From NCBI GenBank assembly GCA_046484865.1, contig JAWOID010000123.1, positions 1-61,483 on the forward strand: a stretch of 61,483 nt of DNA. The letters are read 5' to 3'. A program made the translations under genes and the position numbers. Every line of letters starts with the position of its first letter. Positions within the stretch are counted from its first letter, which is position 1. Below, one piece after another: positions 27,694 to 36,664 of this stretch. The notes under the pieces were generated by a model. It was not told where the DNA came from. It saw only the letters and a list, made by a program, of their open reading frames with translations, and did no database searches. The stretch comes from Candidatus Krumholzibacteriia bacterium (GTDB lineage Bacteria > Krumholzibacteriota > Krumholzibacteriia > LZORAL124-64-63).

Positions 27694-28290
27694 ATGTCTT
27701 CCAGCTCGCAACCGGACACCGGCAGCGACCTGCAGCGCTCCCCACGTCAGTCACCCCCGCACGACCTGCCGACGCCGCTCGCCGCGCTCGCCGTGATCGC
27801 GGCGCTCGCCGGCATCGGCTGGCTGCTGGTGGGCGCCGGCGGCTGCGCGCCCGCGCAGGACAGCGGCCGTCCCGTGCCCCGGCGCGCCCTGCAGACGTCG
27901 GTGCTGTTGCACGACGACAGTCGTCCCCCCGGGGCGCAGACGCTGCTCAACGTGTACGTCGTCAACCACTCGGACGAGGACATCACCCTGGACTTCATGA
28001 CCGAGCACCAGTTCGGCTACGAGGTGCGCACCATCGACGACGCCGAGGTGGTGCTGACGGACCCCTGGCACGTGAGCCCGGACGAGGCACAGCCCAGCCG
28101 CCTGACCATCGCCGCCGGCGACACCGTGTCGCAGGAGTTCATGCTCCACACCCGGCGTACCGACGGCAGCTGGCGTTTGGATGACGACGTGCTGCCCGTC
28201 GGCGAGTACCGGGTCCGGGCCGGTCTGCAGGAGCACGGCGAGAAATTCCCGTGGGCGGAAACCGTGCTGCACGTGGGCCCCGGGCTCTGA
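27694..28290 (+). CDS. Lipoprotein with BsuPI-like (proteinase inhibitor/Ig-like) domain
   Basis: Hydrophobic segment ending AGGC; VVNHSDEDITLDF...QFGYEV...LPVGEYRVRA. Confidence 0.55.
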   Translation: MSSSSQPDTGSDLQRSPRQSPPHDLPTPLAALAVIAALAGIGWLLVGAGGCAPAQDSGRPVPRRALQTSVLLHDDSRPPGAQTLLNVYVVNHSDEDITLDFMTEHQFGYEVRTIDDAEVVLTDPWHVSPDEAQPSRLTIAAGDTVSQEFMLHTRRTDGSWRLDDDVLPVGEYRVRAGLQEHGEKFPWAETVLHVGPGL

Positions 28291-28297
28291 TCGACCG

Positions 28298-29173
28298 TCA
28301 AGGCCCGCGATCCGGGCCACGCGACTCTTCGGACCACCCGAAGCCCGGGCGATCGAACACCTCGCCGAAGAAGACGAGCATGTCTCGCCACGAGCGGCGG
28401 GCGGCGAATTCGCTGTACGCGAGGCCCTCCATGCCGCGCTCGTCTGCACCCGGATTCGTGAAACTGTGCTCGGCCCCGCCATAGATGTTGAACTGCCACT
28501 CCGCGCCGGAGTCGCCGAGAATGCGCTGGAAGGTGCGGATCTGCTCCTCGGAGATGAACGCGTCGGCGGCTCCGTGCGCCACCAGCACGCGCGCCTGGAC
28601 CTCGGTGCCGGAATCGGGTCCGTCCTGCGGCAGCGCGCCGTGGAAACTCACCACCCCGTCCAGGTCGGCGCCGTGCATCGCCATCGACAGCACCACGTGT
28701 CCGCCGAAGCAGAAGCCGATGGCGCCGATCCGGCCGGACTCGACCTCCGGCCGGTCCGCGAGCAGCTCGCGGGCCGCCTCGAACCGTTGCTGCGCCACGT
28801 CGGCGTGTTCGCGTATCCAGCCGCTCCATTCGGTGGCCTGCTGCGGGTGGTCGGTGCTCCTGCCCTCGCCGTACATGTCGACTGCCAGCGCGACGTAGCC
28901 GCGGCGGGCGAGGTCGTCCGCCTGCTGCCTCGCGAAGTCGTTCAGGCCCCACCACTCGTGGACCACCAGGATGCCCGGCACAGGCCCGGCGGCATCCTCT
29001 GGCAATGCCAGGTGCCCTTCCAGGGCGGTGTCGTCCGCCTGGTAGGCGACGGTTTCGGTTCGGATCTCGTGATCGGCGGCAACGAGCGGGGCCGCTGCGG
29101 CGACGGTGCCGGCCGGCGGCACGAGCAGGGCGGCGACGACGGCCAGGCGACGAACGAGACGACGTGCCTCCAT
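28298..29173 (-). CDS. Dienelactone hydrolase family protein, secreted
   Basis: HEWWGLN, GFCFGG, FHG, HGAAD, HSFTNP; ATG 29173 after AAAGGAG. Confidence 0.9.
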   Translation of the reverse strand: MEARRLVRRLAVVAALLVPPAGTVAAAAPLVAADHEIRTETVAYQADDTALEGHLALPEDAAGPVPGILVVHEWWGLNDFARQQADDLARRGYVALAVDMYGEGRSTDHPQQATEWSGWIREHADVAQQRFEAARELLADRPEVESGRIGAIGFCFGGHVVLSMAMHGADLDGVVSFHGALPQDGPDSGTEVQARVLVAHGAADAFISEEQIRTFQRILGDSGAEWQFNIYGGAEHSFTNPGADERGMEGLAYSEFAARRSWRDMLVFFGEVFDRPGFGWSEESRGPDRGP

Positions 29174-29365
29174 GGCCACTCTCCTTTCGACGGTTCTGGT
29201 GACGGCGTCAAGCTAACTGCATCGCTTCCGGCCGGCACCGGCACCGGCCGCCGGCGCGTGGTGCCGGCGGGACCGCTGCCCCATGTCAGTGGCGAAATCC
29301 CCGAGTCGTCACGAGATTCTCTCGGAGACCCCGAACGAGCCCTGGACAGCGAAGGAGACGGGTTC

Positions 29366-29995
29366 ATGAGCGAGAACCTCGACGCGAAGGCCGGCGGCGG
29401 CGGTGACGACGCCCGCCGCGAGCGGATCGCCCAGGTGGCGGAGAGGATCCGCGAGACCATCACCCTGGACAGTTCGGCGAGGGTGCTCGAGTTCGGTGCC
29501 GGCGACGGATCGCTCGGGTTCCAGCTGCTGCCGCACGTGGGTCACGTCACCTTCGCCGACACCTCGCCCGAGATCGTCGAGCGCCTGCAGCGCCGGGTCG
29601 CCGAAAGCCGCGCCGGCGAGGCGGAGGCGATGCAGTTGCAGGAGAAGGCCGGCGACCTGACGGAGGACTACGACGCCATCGTCTCGCTGATGGCACTCCA
29701 CCGCATCGAGGACTACCGCACCACCGTCCACAACCTGGCGGACCACCTGCGACCGAAGGGGCACCTGGTCCTCTGCGACCTCGCCGAGGAAGATGACGGC
29801 CAGCACCGGCCCGACGCCAGCGTGCACACCCGCTTCCTGCGCGACGAGGTGGAGGCGCTGCTGCGCGCCTGCGGTCTGGTGGACGTCGATGTCTCCACTC
29901 CCGATCTCCGGGGCGGAGAGCCGCCGGCCGCCGCCGGAGGAGATGAGGCCGCCCGCGGTGCGCCCGTCATCCTGGCCCGCGGCCGCAAACCCTGA
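29366..29995 (+). CDS. Class I SAM-dependent methyltransferase
   Basis: VLEFGAGDG, ADTS, YDAIVSLMALHRI, LRPKGHLVLCD; ATG after GAAGGAG. Confidence 0.85.
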   Translation: MSENLDAKAGGGGDDARRERIAQVAERIRETITLDSSARVLEFGAGDGSLGFQLLPHVGHVTFADTSPEIVERLQRRVAESRAGEAEAMQLQEKAGDLTEDYDAIVSLMALHRIEDYRTTVHNLADHLRPKGHLVLCDLAEEDDGQHRPDASVHTRFLRDEVEALLRACGLVDVDVSTPDLRGGEPPAAAGGDEAARGAPVILARGRKP

Positions 29996-30103
29996 GCCGA
30001 CTGGACCACCCGCTACCACGTGAGTTATCGTCGCGCCGGATCCGCACCCGCGCGGACCGGCTCGCCCCCCGGTGGGCGGCCCGTCTCCCACCGAGGAGCA
30101 TCC

Positions 30104-31198
30104 GTGAGCCGTGCCCGCTCCAGCGCCCCTGCACGATCCGGGTTCCCGGTCAGCCGGTTCGCCGGTTTCGCCCCCGGCCGGGCGGGCGGGCCGGGCCGGG
30201 CGGTCGACCTGGGCAGACTTCTGGTCCTGGGCGCGAGTATCGTCGTCGTCGCCATGCTGGCGGGCTCGTGCGCGCTCGCTCCCGCGCGTGGACCGGCGGC
30301 GCCCGCGGCGGCAGTGGGCGATGGTGCGCCGCTCACCCTCTCGCCGCACGCCGGCTGGCGCTGGGCGGTCGAGCCCCTGGACCTGCGGGAGGGGACCTTC
30401 AGTCGCGGCGGTCTGGCGGTGCTGGTGCGGCGTCACCGGGCCGACCTGCTCCAGGTGGCCGTCGCCCATCCCCAGGATCGCACACGCTTCCCCCGCGAGT
30501 TCCGGGCAGTGGCACTGGACGCGGCCGGAGAGGCGGTGCTGCCGGACAGCGTCGCCGTCGCAGGCTCCGAGCTGGTGGGAATCGGCGAGTTCGTCTTCCG
30601 CCGACCCTCCGGTCATCCGCTGCTGCCGCGCCTGGGCATCGAGGTCCTCACGGCCGAGGGGCGTCGTGATCTCGCCGCGAGCGCGCGTCGGGAAGCCCGC
30701 GCCCGCGGACTGGACGTGCTGCCGTTCCCGGAGCTGGAGCAGCCCTACGAGTTCGCCCTCACCACCGTGGCCGGCGAGCGCATCGACAGCGGCGACCTGC
30801 GGGGAAGAGCCGTGGTCCTGCACCACTGGTCACGGCAGTGCGGCCCCTGCCAGGCGGCGATACCCGCGCTCGACCGTCTGGCGCGGGAGTACCCGGACCG
30901 GCTGACGGTCATCGTCTTCGATCATGGCGGCGGGGGACCGGACGGGCTCGACGCCGCGGGTCCGGCGGCGACCGCGGGCAACGGCGAGCGACCGCCGAAC
31001 TGGCTGCAGGTCCGCGTGCCGCCCGCCGAGCGGTCCCTGTGGTCCGACGCGTCCACGGTACGGACGCTGCCGCGGACCTTCGTGGTCGACCGCAGCGGCG
31101 AACTCGTCGGAGACGTCCGGCCGGCACAGCTGGAGGACCTGGTACGCGGCACCGTCACGGGGTACCTCAGGGACCCGCGCGTGGAGTACGACTGGTAG
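30104..31198 (+). CDS. TlpA-like thioredoxin-domain lipoprotein
   Basis: LAGSC lipobox-like; C-terminal LRGRAVVLHHWSRQCGPC...LPRTFVVDRSG; GTG after GAGGAG. Confidence 0.75.
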   Translation: MSRARSSAPARSGFPVSRFAGFAPGRAGGPGRAVDLGRLLVLGASIVVVAMLAGSCALAPARGPAAPAAAVGDGAPLTLSPHAGWRWAVEPLDLREGTFSRGGLAVLVRRHRADLLQVAVAHPQDRTRFPREFRAVALDAAGEAVLPDSVAVAGSELVGIGEFVFRRPSGHPLLPRLGIEVLTAEGRRDLAASARREARARGLDVLPFPELEQPYEFALTTVAGERIDSGDLRGRAVVLHHWSRQCGPCQAAIPALDRLAREYPDRLTVIVFDHGGGGPDGLDAAGPAATAGNGERPPNWLQVRVPPAERSLWSDASTVRTLPRTFVVDRSGELVGDVRPAQLEDLVRGTVTGYLRDPRVEYDW

Positions 31199-31249
31199 AG
31201 AGCCGCGCCTGGCCGGCACCCGCGGCGGTGCCGCCCGAGGGGAGGAGCC

Positions 31250-32560
31250 GTGGCGACTGCGAATCGCTTGGAGACGAGGGACCGGCGCCCGGTGCTGGTG
31301 GTGGGCGGCGGCCTGGCCGGCCTGGCCGGCGCGGTCCACCTGCATCGGGCCGGTCTTCCGGTGCTGGTGCTGGAGGCTGCCGATGCCGTGGGCGGCCGGG
31401 TGCGCACCGACCTGGTGGACGGGCACCGGCTCGACCGTGGATTCCAGGTCCTGCTGACGGCCTATCCCGAGGTGAAGAGCCAGCTCGACCTGGCCGCCCT
31501 CGAACCGTGCGCCTTCCGTCCGGGCGCCCTGGTCCGCCATCGCGGCGGCTTCGAGCGCCTGTCGGACCCGTTCCGCGACCCGGCGCACGCGTTCACCACG
31601 CTGGCCGCTCCGGTGGGATCCATCGGCGACAAGCTGCGGATGGCCCGGTTCCGCTGGAGCGTGTCCCGCGGCACGCCGGCGGACCAGCTCGCCGGCCCCG
31701 ATCACTCCACCGTCGAGGAACTCCGACGCCTGGGCTTCGGCGAGGCGATGATCGAGGCCTTCTTCCGGCCGTTCCTCGGCGGAATCTTCCTCGACCCCGG
31801 TCTCGCCACCAGCAGCCGGATGTTGCGATTCGTGTTCCGGATGTTCGCTTCGGGCCGGGCGGTGGTCCCCCGCGAGGGCATGGAGGCGGTCCCCCGCCAG
31901 CTGGCGCGCCGGCTTCCGCCCGGGGCCGTCCGCACCGGGGCCGAGGTGACCGAGGTGCATCCCCGGCGCGTGGTGTTGCGCTCGGGCGAGGTGATGGATG
32001 CCGCCGCGGTGATCGTCGCGACCGACGGCTCGTCGGCGGCGCGGCTGCTGCCCGCCGCCGACGGCGTGGCCGCACCGCACTGGTGCGGGGCCACCTGTCT
32101 CTACTTCAGCGCGGACGGACCGGCGCCCGTCGGCGAGCCGGTGCTGATCCTCGGCGACCGTCAAGAGGGCCCGATCAACAACCTCTGCTTCCCCTCGGTG
32201 GTCTCGCCGGACCTGGCACCCCCCGGCCGCATGCTGGCGTCGGTCACGGTGATCGGGGGGCAGCAGGAGCGTGACGATCTCATCGGCGCGGTCCGGGAGC
32301 AACTCGGCGAGTGGTTCGGCGAATCGGTGCGACACTGGCTCCTGCTGCGTACCTACTTCATCCGCCAAGCGCTGCCCGAACAGGAGCCGGGCTGGCTCGA
32401 ACCGCCCGCTCGCCCGGTGCGGCTGCCGTCGGGTCTCTATGTCGCGGGAGACCACCGGGAGACGTCCTCCAGCAACGGTGCCCTCGCCGCCGGGCGGCGG
32501 GCAGCCGCGGCGGTGCTGGAAGAACTCGGGAAGGCCCCGGCAGTGCCGCAGCCCGATTGA
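31250..32560 (+). CDS. FAD-dependent oxidoreductase (amine oxidase/protoporphyrinogen oxidase-like family)
   Basis: VGGGLAGL, EAADAVGGRVRT, DRGFQV, AGDH...NGALAAGRRAA. Confidence 0.85.
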   Translation: MATANRLETRDRRPVLVVGGGLAGLAGAVHLHRAGLPVLVLEAADAVGGRVRTDLVDGHRLDRGFQVLLTAYPEVKSQLDLAALEPCAFRPGALVRHRGGFERLSDPFRDPAHAFTTLAAPVGSIGDKLRMARFRWSVSRGTPADQLAGPDHSTVEELRRLGFGEAMIEAFFRPFLGGIFLDPGLATSSRMLRFVFRMFASGRAVVPREGMEAVPRQLARRLPPGAVRTGAEVTEVHPRRVVLRSGEVMDAAAVIVATDGSSAARLLPAADGVAAPHWCGATCLYFSADGPAPVGEPVLILGDRQEGPINNLCFPSVVSPDLAPPGRMLASVTVIGGQQERDDLIGAVREQLGEWFGESVRHWLLLRTYFIRQALPEQEPGWLEPPARPVRLPSGLYVAGDHRETSSSNGALAAGRRAAAAVLEELGKAPAVPQPD

Positions 32561-32604
32561 GACCGGCCGTGAGGTCGCGGGGGACGCGAGGAAGGCCGCC
32601 GCTC

Positions 32605-34512
32605 ATGCTTCGCACCTTGCAGAGCATCCGCAATCGCGTGCACCGCTGGCGCCGCCGTCTGGGCGGCGGCACCGACCTGGCGTTCGTCTATCATCAGCGA
32701 TACCTGCTCGACATCGCGCTGACCGAGTACGATCCGGAGCGGGGGTTGAAGGTGCTCAGCTACCTGCAGGAACGCAAGCTGCTGCGCCAGGGCATGCTGC
32801 ACCGGCCCCGGCCCGCCTCGCTGCACCGCCTGCAGCTGGTGCACCACCGGGAGTACCTGCGCCATCTGCAGGAACCGGGCGCGCTGGACACGATCGTCGG
32901 ACACCAGCTCAACCCCGCGGACCAAGACGCCTTCCTCGCCTCGCAGCGCGCCATGGTCGGCGGCACGCTGCGTGCCACCAAGCTGGCCCTGGACCGCTGC
33001 TGCACGGCCGTGAATCTCGGCGGCGGGCTGCATCACGCTCTGCCCGACCGCGGCAGCGGCTTCTGCTGCTTCAACGACGTGGCGGTGGCCATCGCCTCGT
33101 TCCGGCAGCGCGGCTTCCGGGAGCCGGTGCTGGTGGTGGACCTCGACCTGCACGACGGCGACGCTCTGCGCACCATCTACGCCGGGGATCCGACCGTCCA
33201 CACGTTCTCCATCCACAACCACCACCTCGCCGCGACCGAGGCGGTGGAGTCCACGAGCATCGCCCTGGGCAGCGAGATCACCGACGCCGAGTACCTGGAG
33301 GTGCTGCGACGGGAGTTCCCGACGGTGGCGAACCGGTTCGGTCCGGGCCTCGTCTTCTACCTGGCCGGCAGCGACCTGCACGTCGAGGATCGAGTGGGAG
33401 ACGCGCGAATGAGCATGGAAGGGCTGGTGGCGCGCGATCGCCTGGTGATGGCGACCCTGCGCGGCCTGCAGCCACGTCCGGCCTGCGTCATCCTGCTCGC
33501 CGGCGGCTACGGTCCCCACGCCTGGCGCCACGCGGCGGCGTTCTTCTCCTGGCTCTTGACCGGACGCCCCGACTACGAGCCTCCGCTGGATCTCACGCTG
33601 CCCCTGGATCAGTACCGCCGCCTCGGCCATCTGCTGGCCAATCCGGAAAGGAGCGATGCCGGCGAGGACGAGTCCGAGAGCTGGGCCCTGACCGACGCCG
33701 ACCTGGGCTGGAGCCGGGGCCTCGGCGACGACCGCTTCCTCGGCCGCTACTCGCGACACGGCGTGGAAATGGCCCTCGAAGAGTCGGGGCTGCTGCAGCG
33801 CCTGCGCGAGAAGGGTTATCGCCACCCGCGCGTGGAGTTCGATCTCGCCGATCCCCTGGGCCACACCGTCCGCGTGGTGAGCCGCGACGACGGCGTCGCC
33901 CTGATCGAGCTGAAGCTGCGCATCGACGCCAAGAGCGAGCCGCCGCATCGCTTCCTGGCGGTGGAATGGCTGCTGCTGCAGGACGCCGCCCAGCACTTCC
34001 GCCTCGACCGGCCGCTGCTGCCGGGGCAGAAATATCCCGGGCTCGGCCTGCTGCGGGACGTCGCCGCCCTGCTGGTGGTGCTGGGCGAGGGGCTGGACGC
34101 GGACGGCCTGCTCTTCGTACCCGCGCATTACTACATCGCCGACCGAGCCCATTACGTGGCGCATTTCCTCGATCCGGTGCACGAGGCGCGGTTCCGCGCG
34201 GTCCGCCGGACGCTGCGCCATCTGAAGCTGCACGAGGCCAGCGCGGCGGTGGAGAGCCGGCGGGTGCGCGACCGGAGCACGGGCGAACCGTACGTGTACC
34301 ATCCGGCCCGTCTGGTGATCCCGTTGAGCGAACGCCTGCGCGCCGGACCGCATGCCCAGGAGTACCAGGCGGCGGTGGCGCGGGCCGCGACCGGCCTGGC
34401 GTACGAACTGCTGCCGCCCGAGGACGGAGGAGATCCAGCCGCCGGGGACATGGCGGAACCGCTCCGGGAGCGTCCGGACGAACGCCCCCGGGGTGGGTCG
34501 TCTCGAACCTGA
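32605..34512 (+). CDS. Histone deacetylase family protein with an extra C-terminal domain
   Basis: GGGLHHA, GFCCFNDVA, DLDLHDGD, AGSDLH, AGGY Zn-deacetylase motifs; about 290 aa extra C-terminal region with PGQKYPGLGL. Confidence 0.85.
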   Translation: MLRTLQSIRNRVHRWRRRLGGGTDLAFVYHQRYLLDIALTEYDPERGLKVLSYLQERKLLRQGMLHRPRPASLHRLQLVHHREYLRHLQEPGALDTIVGHQLNPADQDAFLASQRAMVGGTLRATKLALDRCCTAVNLGGGLHHALPDRGSGFCCFNDVAVAIASFRQRGFREPVLVVDLDLHDGDALRTIYAGDPTVHTFSIHNHHLAATEAVESTSIALGSEITDAEYLEVLRREFPTVANRFGPGLVFYLAGSDLHVEDRVGDARMSMEGLVARDRLVMATLRGLQPRPACVILLAGGYGPHAWRHAAAFFSWLLTGRPDYEPPLDLTLPLDQYRRLGHLLANPERSDAGEDESESWALTDADLGWSRGLGDDRFLGRYSRHGVEMALEESGLLQRLREKGYRHPRVEFDLADPLGHTVRVVSRDDGVALIELKLRIDAKSEPPHRFLAVEWLLLQDAAQHFRLDRPLLPGQKYPGLGLLRDVAALLVVLGEGLDADGLLFVPAHYYIADRAHYVAHFLDPVHEARFRAVRRTLRHLKLHEASAAVESRRVRDRSTGEPYVYHPARLVIPLSERLRAGPHAQEYQAAVARAATGLAYELLPPEDGGDPAAGDMAEPLRERPDERPRGGSSRT

Positions 34513-34563
34513 TCGGTCAGGATTCCCGCCGGCGCACGCCGGAGGCGCCCCGGGCACGGGGTC

Positions 34564-35775
34564 TCAGAAGGCGTCGCCGATGCCCAGGGACAGCCGCATG
34601 CCGTACTTGCTGAAGGCTGCGTCCACCCGCAGAGGGACCAGCTCGTCGCCCCGGCCGATCACGTAGCGCAGGCCCGCACCCAGGGTGGGCCGCACGTAAC
34701 GCCAGCCGATGTCGCCGTAATCTGCGCCCACCGCCGCCAATCCCGCGAATGCCACGCCCCCGAAAGCGCCCCGGAGCGGATAGCGCCACTCGAACTGGCC
34801 GGCCACCATGGTCCGGTCGCGGTAGCGCCCCCGCCGGAAGCCCCGGCTATGATGGCGGCCGCCGAGTTCCGCCATGCGCCAGAACGGCGGCGACCCGGTG
34901 GCGGTGTACGTGAACAGCTGCGATGCCACCACGTGACGGCCGCCCACTGCGTGATATCCACGCCACTCGAGGTTGTAGAGCGTGAAGGTCTGATCGCCGC
35001 CGAGAGCCTCGCTGAAGTAGAGGGAGAAGCCCTGCAGCCAGTGCCCTCGCGTCGGCTGGTACCGGCGGGGACGGGTGTCCCAGTCGAGCAGGAAGCCGAA
35101 GCCGGTGGCCAGGCTCTCGTCCTGCCCCGGCACGGCGCCGCTGGCGAACTCGCCCTCATCCTCGGCGAACGAGATCAGTTCCCAGGAATTCCACTCCGCC
35201 CGGATCCCCAGGCGCAGGTCGCCGCGCATGAGACGCAGGTACTCCGCGTAGACCAGCACGTTGCGAGGACGGTAGGTCTCTTCCTCGCCGGGGTTCGTCG
35301 GTCCCACGCCCCAGAAGCGCTGCACGAGATCCTCGTAGTCGGCGCGTCCGCGCACCGTGTGGTCCCTCCAGTTCAGCGTCGTGGTGAGCCGGAGTTCCTT
35401 GTGGCCTTTGGTCGTGAAGACGACCTCCGCCTCCACTTCGGAGAGACGGGCGGCGGAGCGCGATCCCAGGTCGAACGGAACGAGGGCGTTCACCCCCAGC
35501 CCGATGCCATCCTCGTCGTCGTAGCCGCCGTCCGGCACCCAGATCACGCCGAGCGTGCGGACCTCGGGCGGAAAGACGTCCACCGCGAAAGGCGATTCGG
35601 CCGGCTCGGCCGGCTCTTCCACCGAAGGGGGGGCAGGAACCGCGGACGTATCGGCAGGAGCGTCAGCGGCGGCGAAGGATGTTCCCGTCGCCGCGAGCAG
35701 GATCGCGACGGCCCGGAGGCACGACGCGCCGGCACCGCTCCGGGCGGGCAGCCCGCGGTACGGCCTGAAGCTCAA
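34564..35775 (-). CDS. Omp85 (BamA/TamA) family beta-barrel protein without POTRA domains
   Basis: WDTR...PTRG, LGG...RGFRRGRYRD, GAGLRY, C-terminal IGDAF; TTG after GAGGAG. Confidence 0.85.
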   Translation of the reverse strand: MSFRPYRGLPARSGAGASCLRAVAILLAATGTSFAAADAPADTSAVPAPPSVEEPAEPAESPFAVDVFPPEVRTLGVIWVPDGGYDDEDGIGLGVNALVPFDLGSRSAARLSEVEAEVVFTTKGHKELRLTTTLNWRDHTVRGRADYEDLVQRFWGVGPTNPGEEETYRPRNVLVYAEYLRLMRGDLRLGIRAEWNSWELISFAEDEGEFASGAVPGQDESLATGFGFLLDWDTRPRRYQPTRGHWLQGFSLYFSEALGGDQTFTLYNLEWRGYHAVGGRHVVASQLFTYTATGSPPFWRMAELGGRHHSRGFRRGRYRDRTMVAGQFEWRYPLRGAFGGVAFAGLAAVGADYGDIGWRYVRPTLGAGLRYVIGRGDELVPLRVDAAFSKYGMRLSLGIGDAF

Positions 35776-35873
35776 CGATGCTCCTCGCGCACGGGTGACA
35801 GCCGACGGTTGCGCGCCACATTAGGAGCGGTTCCCGGACACGGCCACCCTGGCGCGAACCGTGAACAGGCTTT

Positions 35874-36470
35874 TCAGCCAGGCAGGTGAGAACAGGCGGC
35901 GATCCCCACCAGCGCCGTCAGCAACGCGACGACGGCCAGGACCGCCCGCCGTTCGCGACTCGCCTGCACCCGCACCCAGCCGAGGCCGCGATTCAGGACG
36001 TTGCGAGCGGGGAGCCTGCTGATCACCGGCGGGCGGCCGTACTCCAGCCGTTCGAGGCCGAGATTCAGGCGCGGGTCGTCCGGTTCCAGCTCGCGCGCTC
36101 TCGTCAAGCTGCGAAAGCCGGCCTCCAGGCGCGAGCCCTGCAGATAGACGCACGCGAGCGCGAAGTGACCGGCCACGGCCTTCGGCGCCACGAAGACGGC
36201 CTTGCGTGCGGCCTTCTCGGCGCTCAGCAGACGGCCCCGTCCCGCCAGCAGGATGGCGAGACTGGCCAGAGCCTCGTGGTCCTTGGGATGCTCCCTCAGG
36301 TGGCGAGTCAGCAGAGGCTCGGCCTGGTCGTATTCCTCGTGCTCCAGGTGCCTGTTGATCCGGCGCAGCCGCGGGTCGTGGGCGGCGGGGTTGCCGGCAC
36401 CGGGCTGGAAACGCAGCCGGGCCGGGCCGTCCGGCCGGACGCTTCCCCCATGGGTGACGCTGGTCGGCAT
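35874..36470 (-). CDS. Tetratricopeptide repeat protein with C-terminal TM anchor
   Basis: TPR-like helices (HPKDHEALASLA, GHFALACVY, ARELEPDD); ATG after AGGAGG. Confidence 0.75.
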   Translation of the reverse strand: MPTSVTHGGSVRPDGPARLRFQPGAGNPAAHDPRLRRINRHLEHEEYDQAEPLLTRHLREHPKDHEALASLAILLAGRGRLLSAEKAARKAVFVAPKAVAGHFALACVYLQGSRLEAGFRSLTRARELEPDDPRLNLGLERLEYGRPPVISRLPARNVLNRGLGWVRVQASRERRAVLAVVALLTALVGIAACSHLPG

Positions 36471-36664
36471 CGTGCGTCCTCCTGTTGCGATTCGCCCCGC
36501 GTTCCCGCCGCGGCGATGCCTCGTCGCTCCCCGTGATTCCTCCGCACCGGCGGCACGGACAACGTTGCAAAGCGCGCGCCCCGCACCGATGGCGGGCCGG
36601 ACGCACGGAAGGCGACCCGCCGGGAGTGCAGGATGCGGGCGGTCAGCGAGGCGACGCATGTTCG

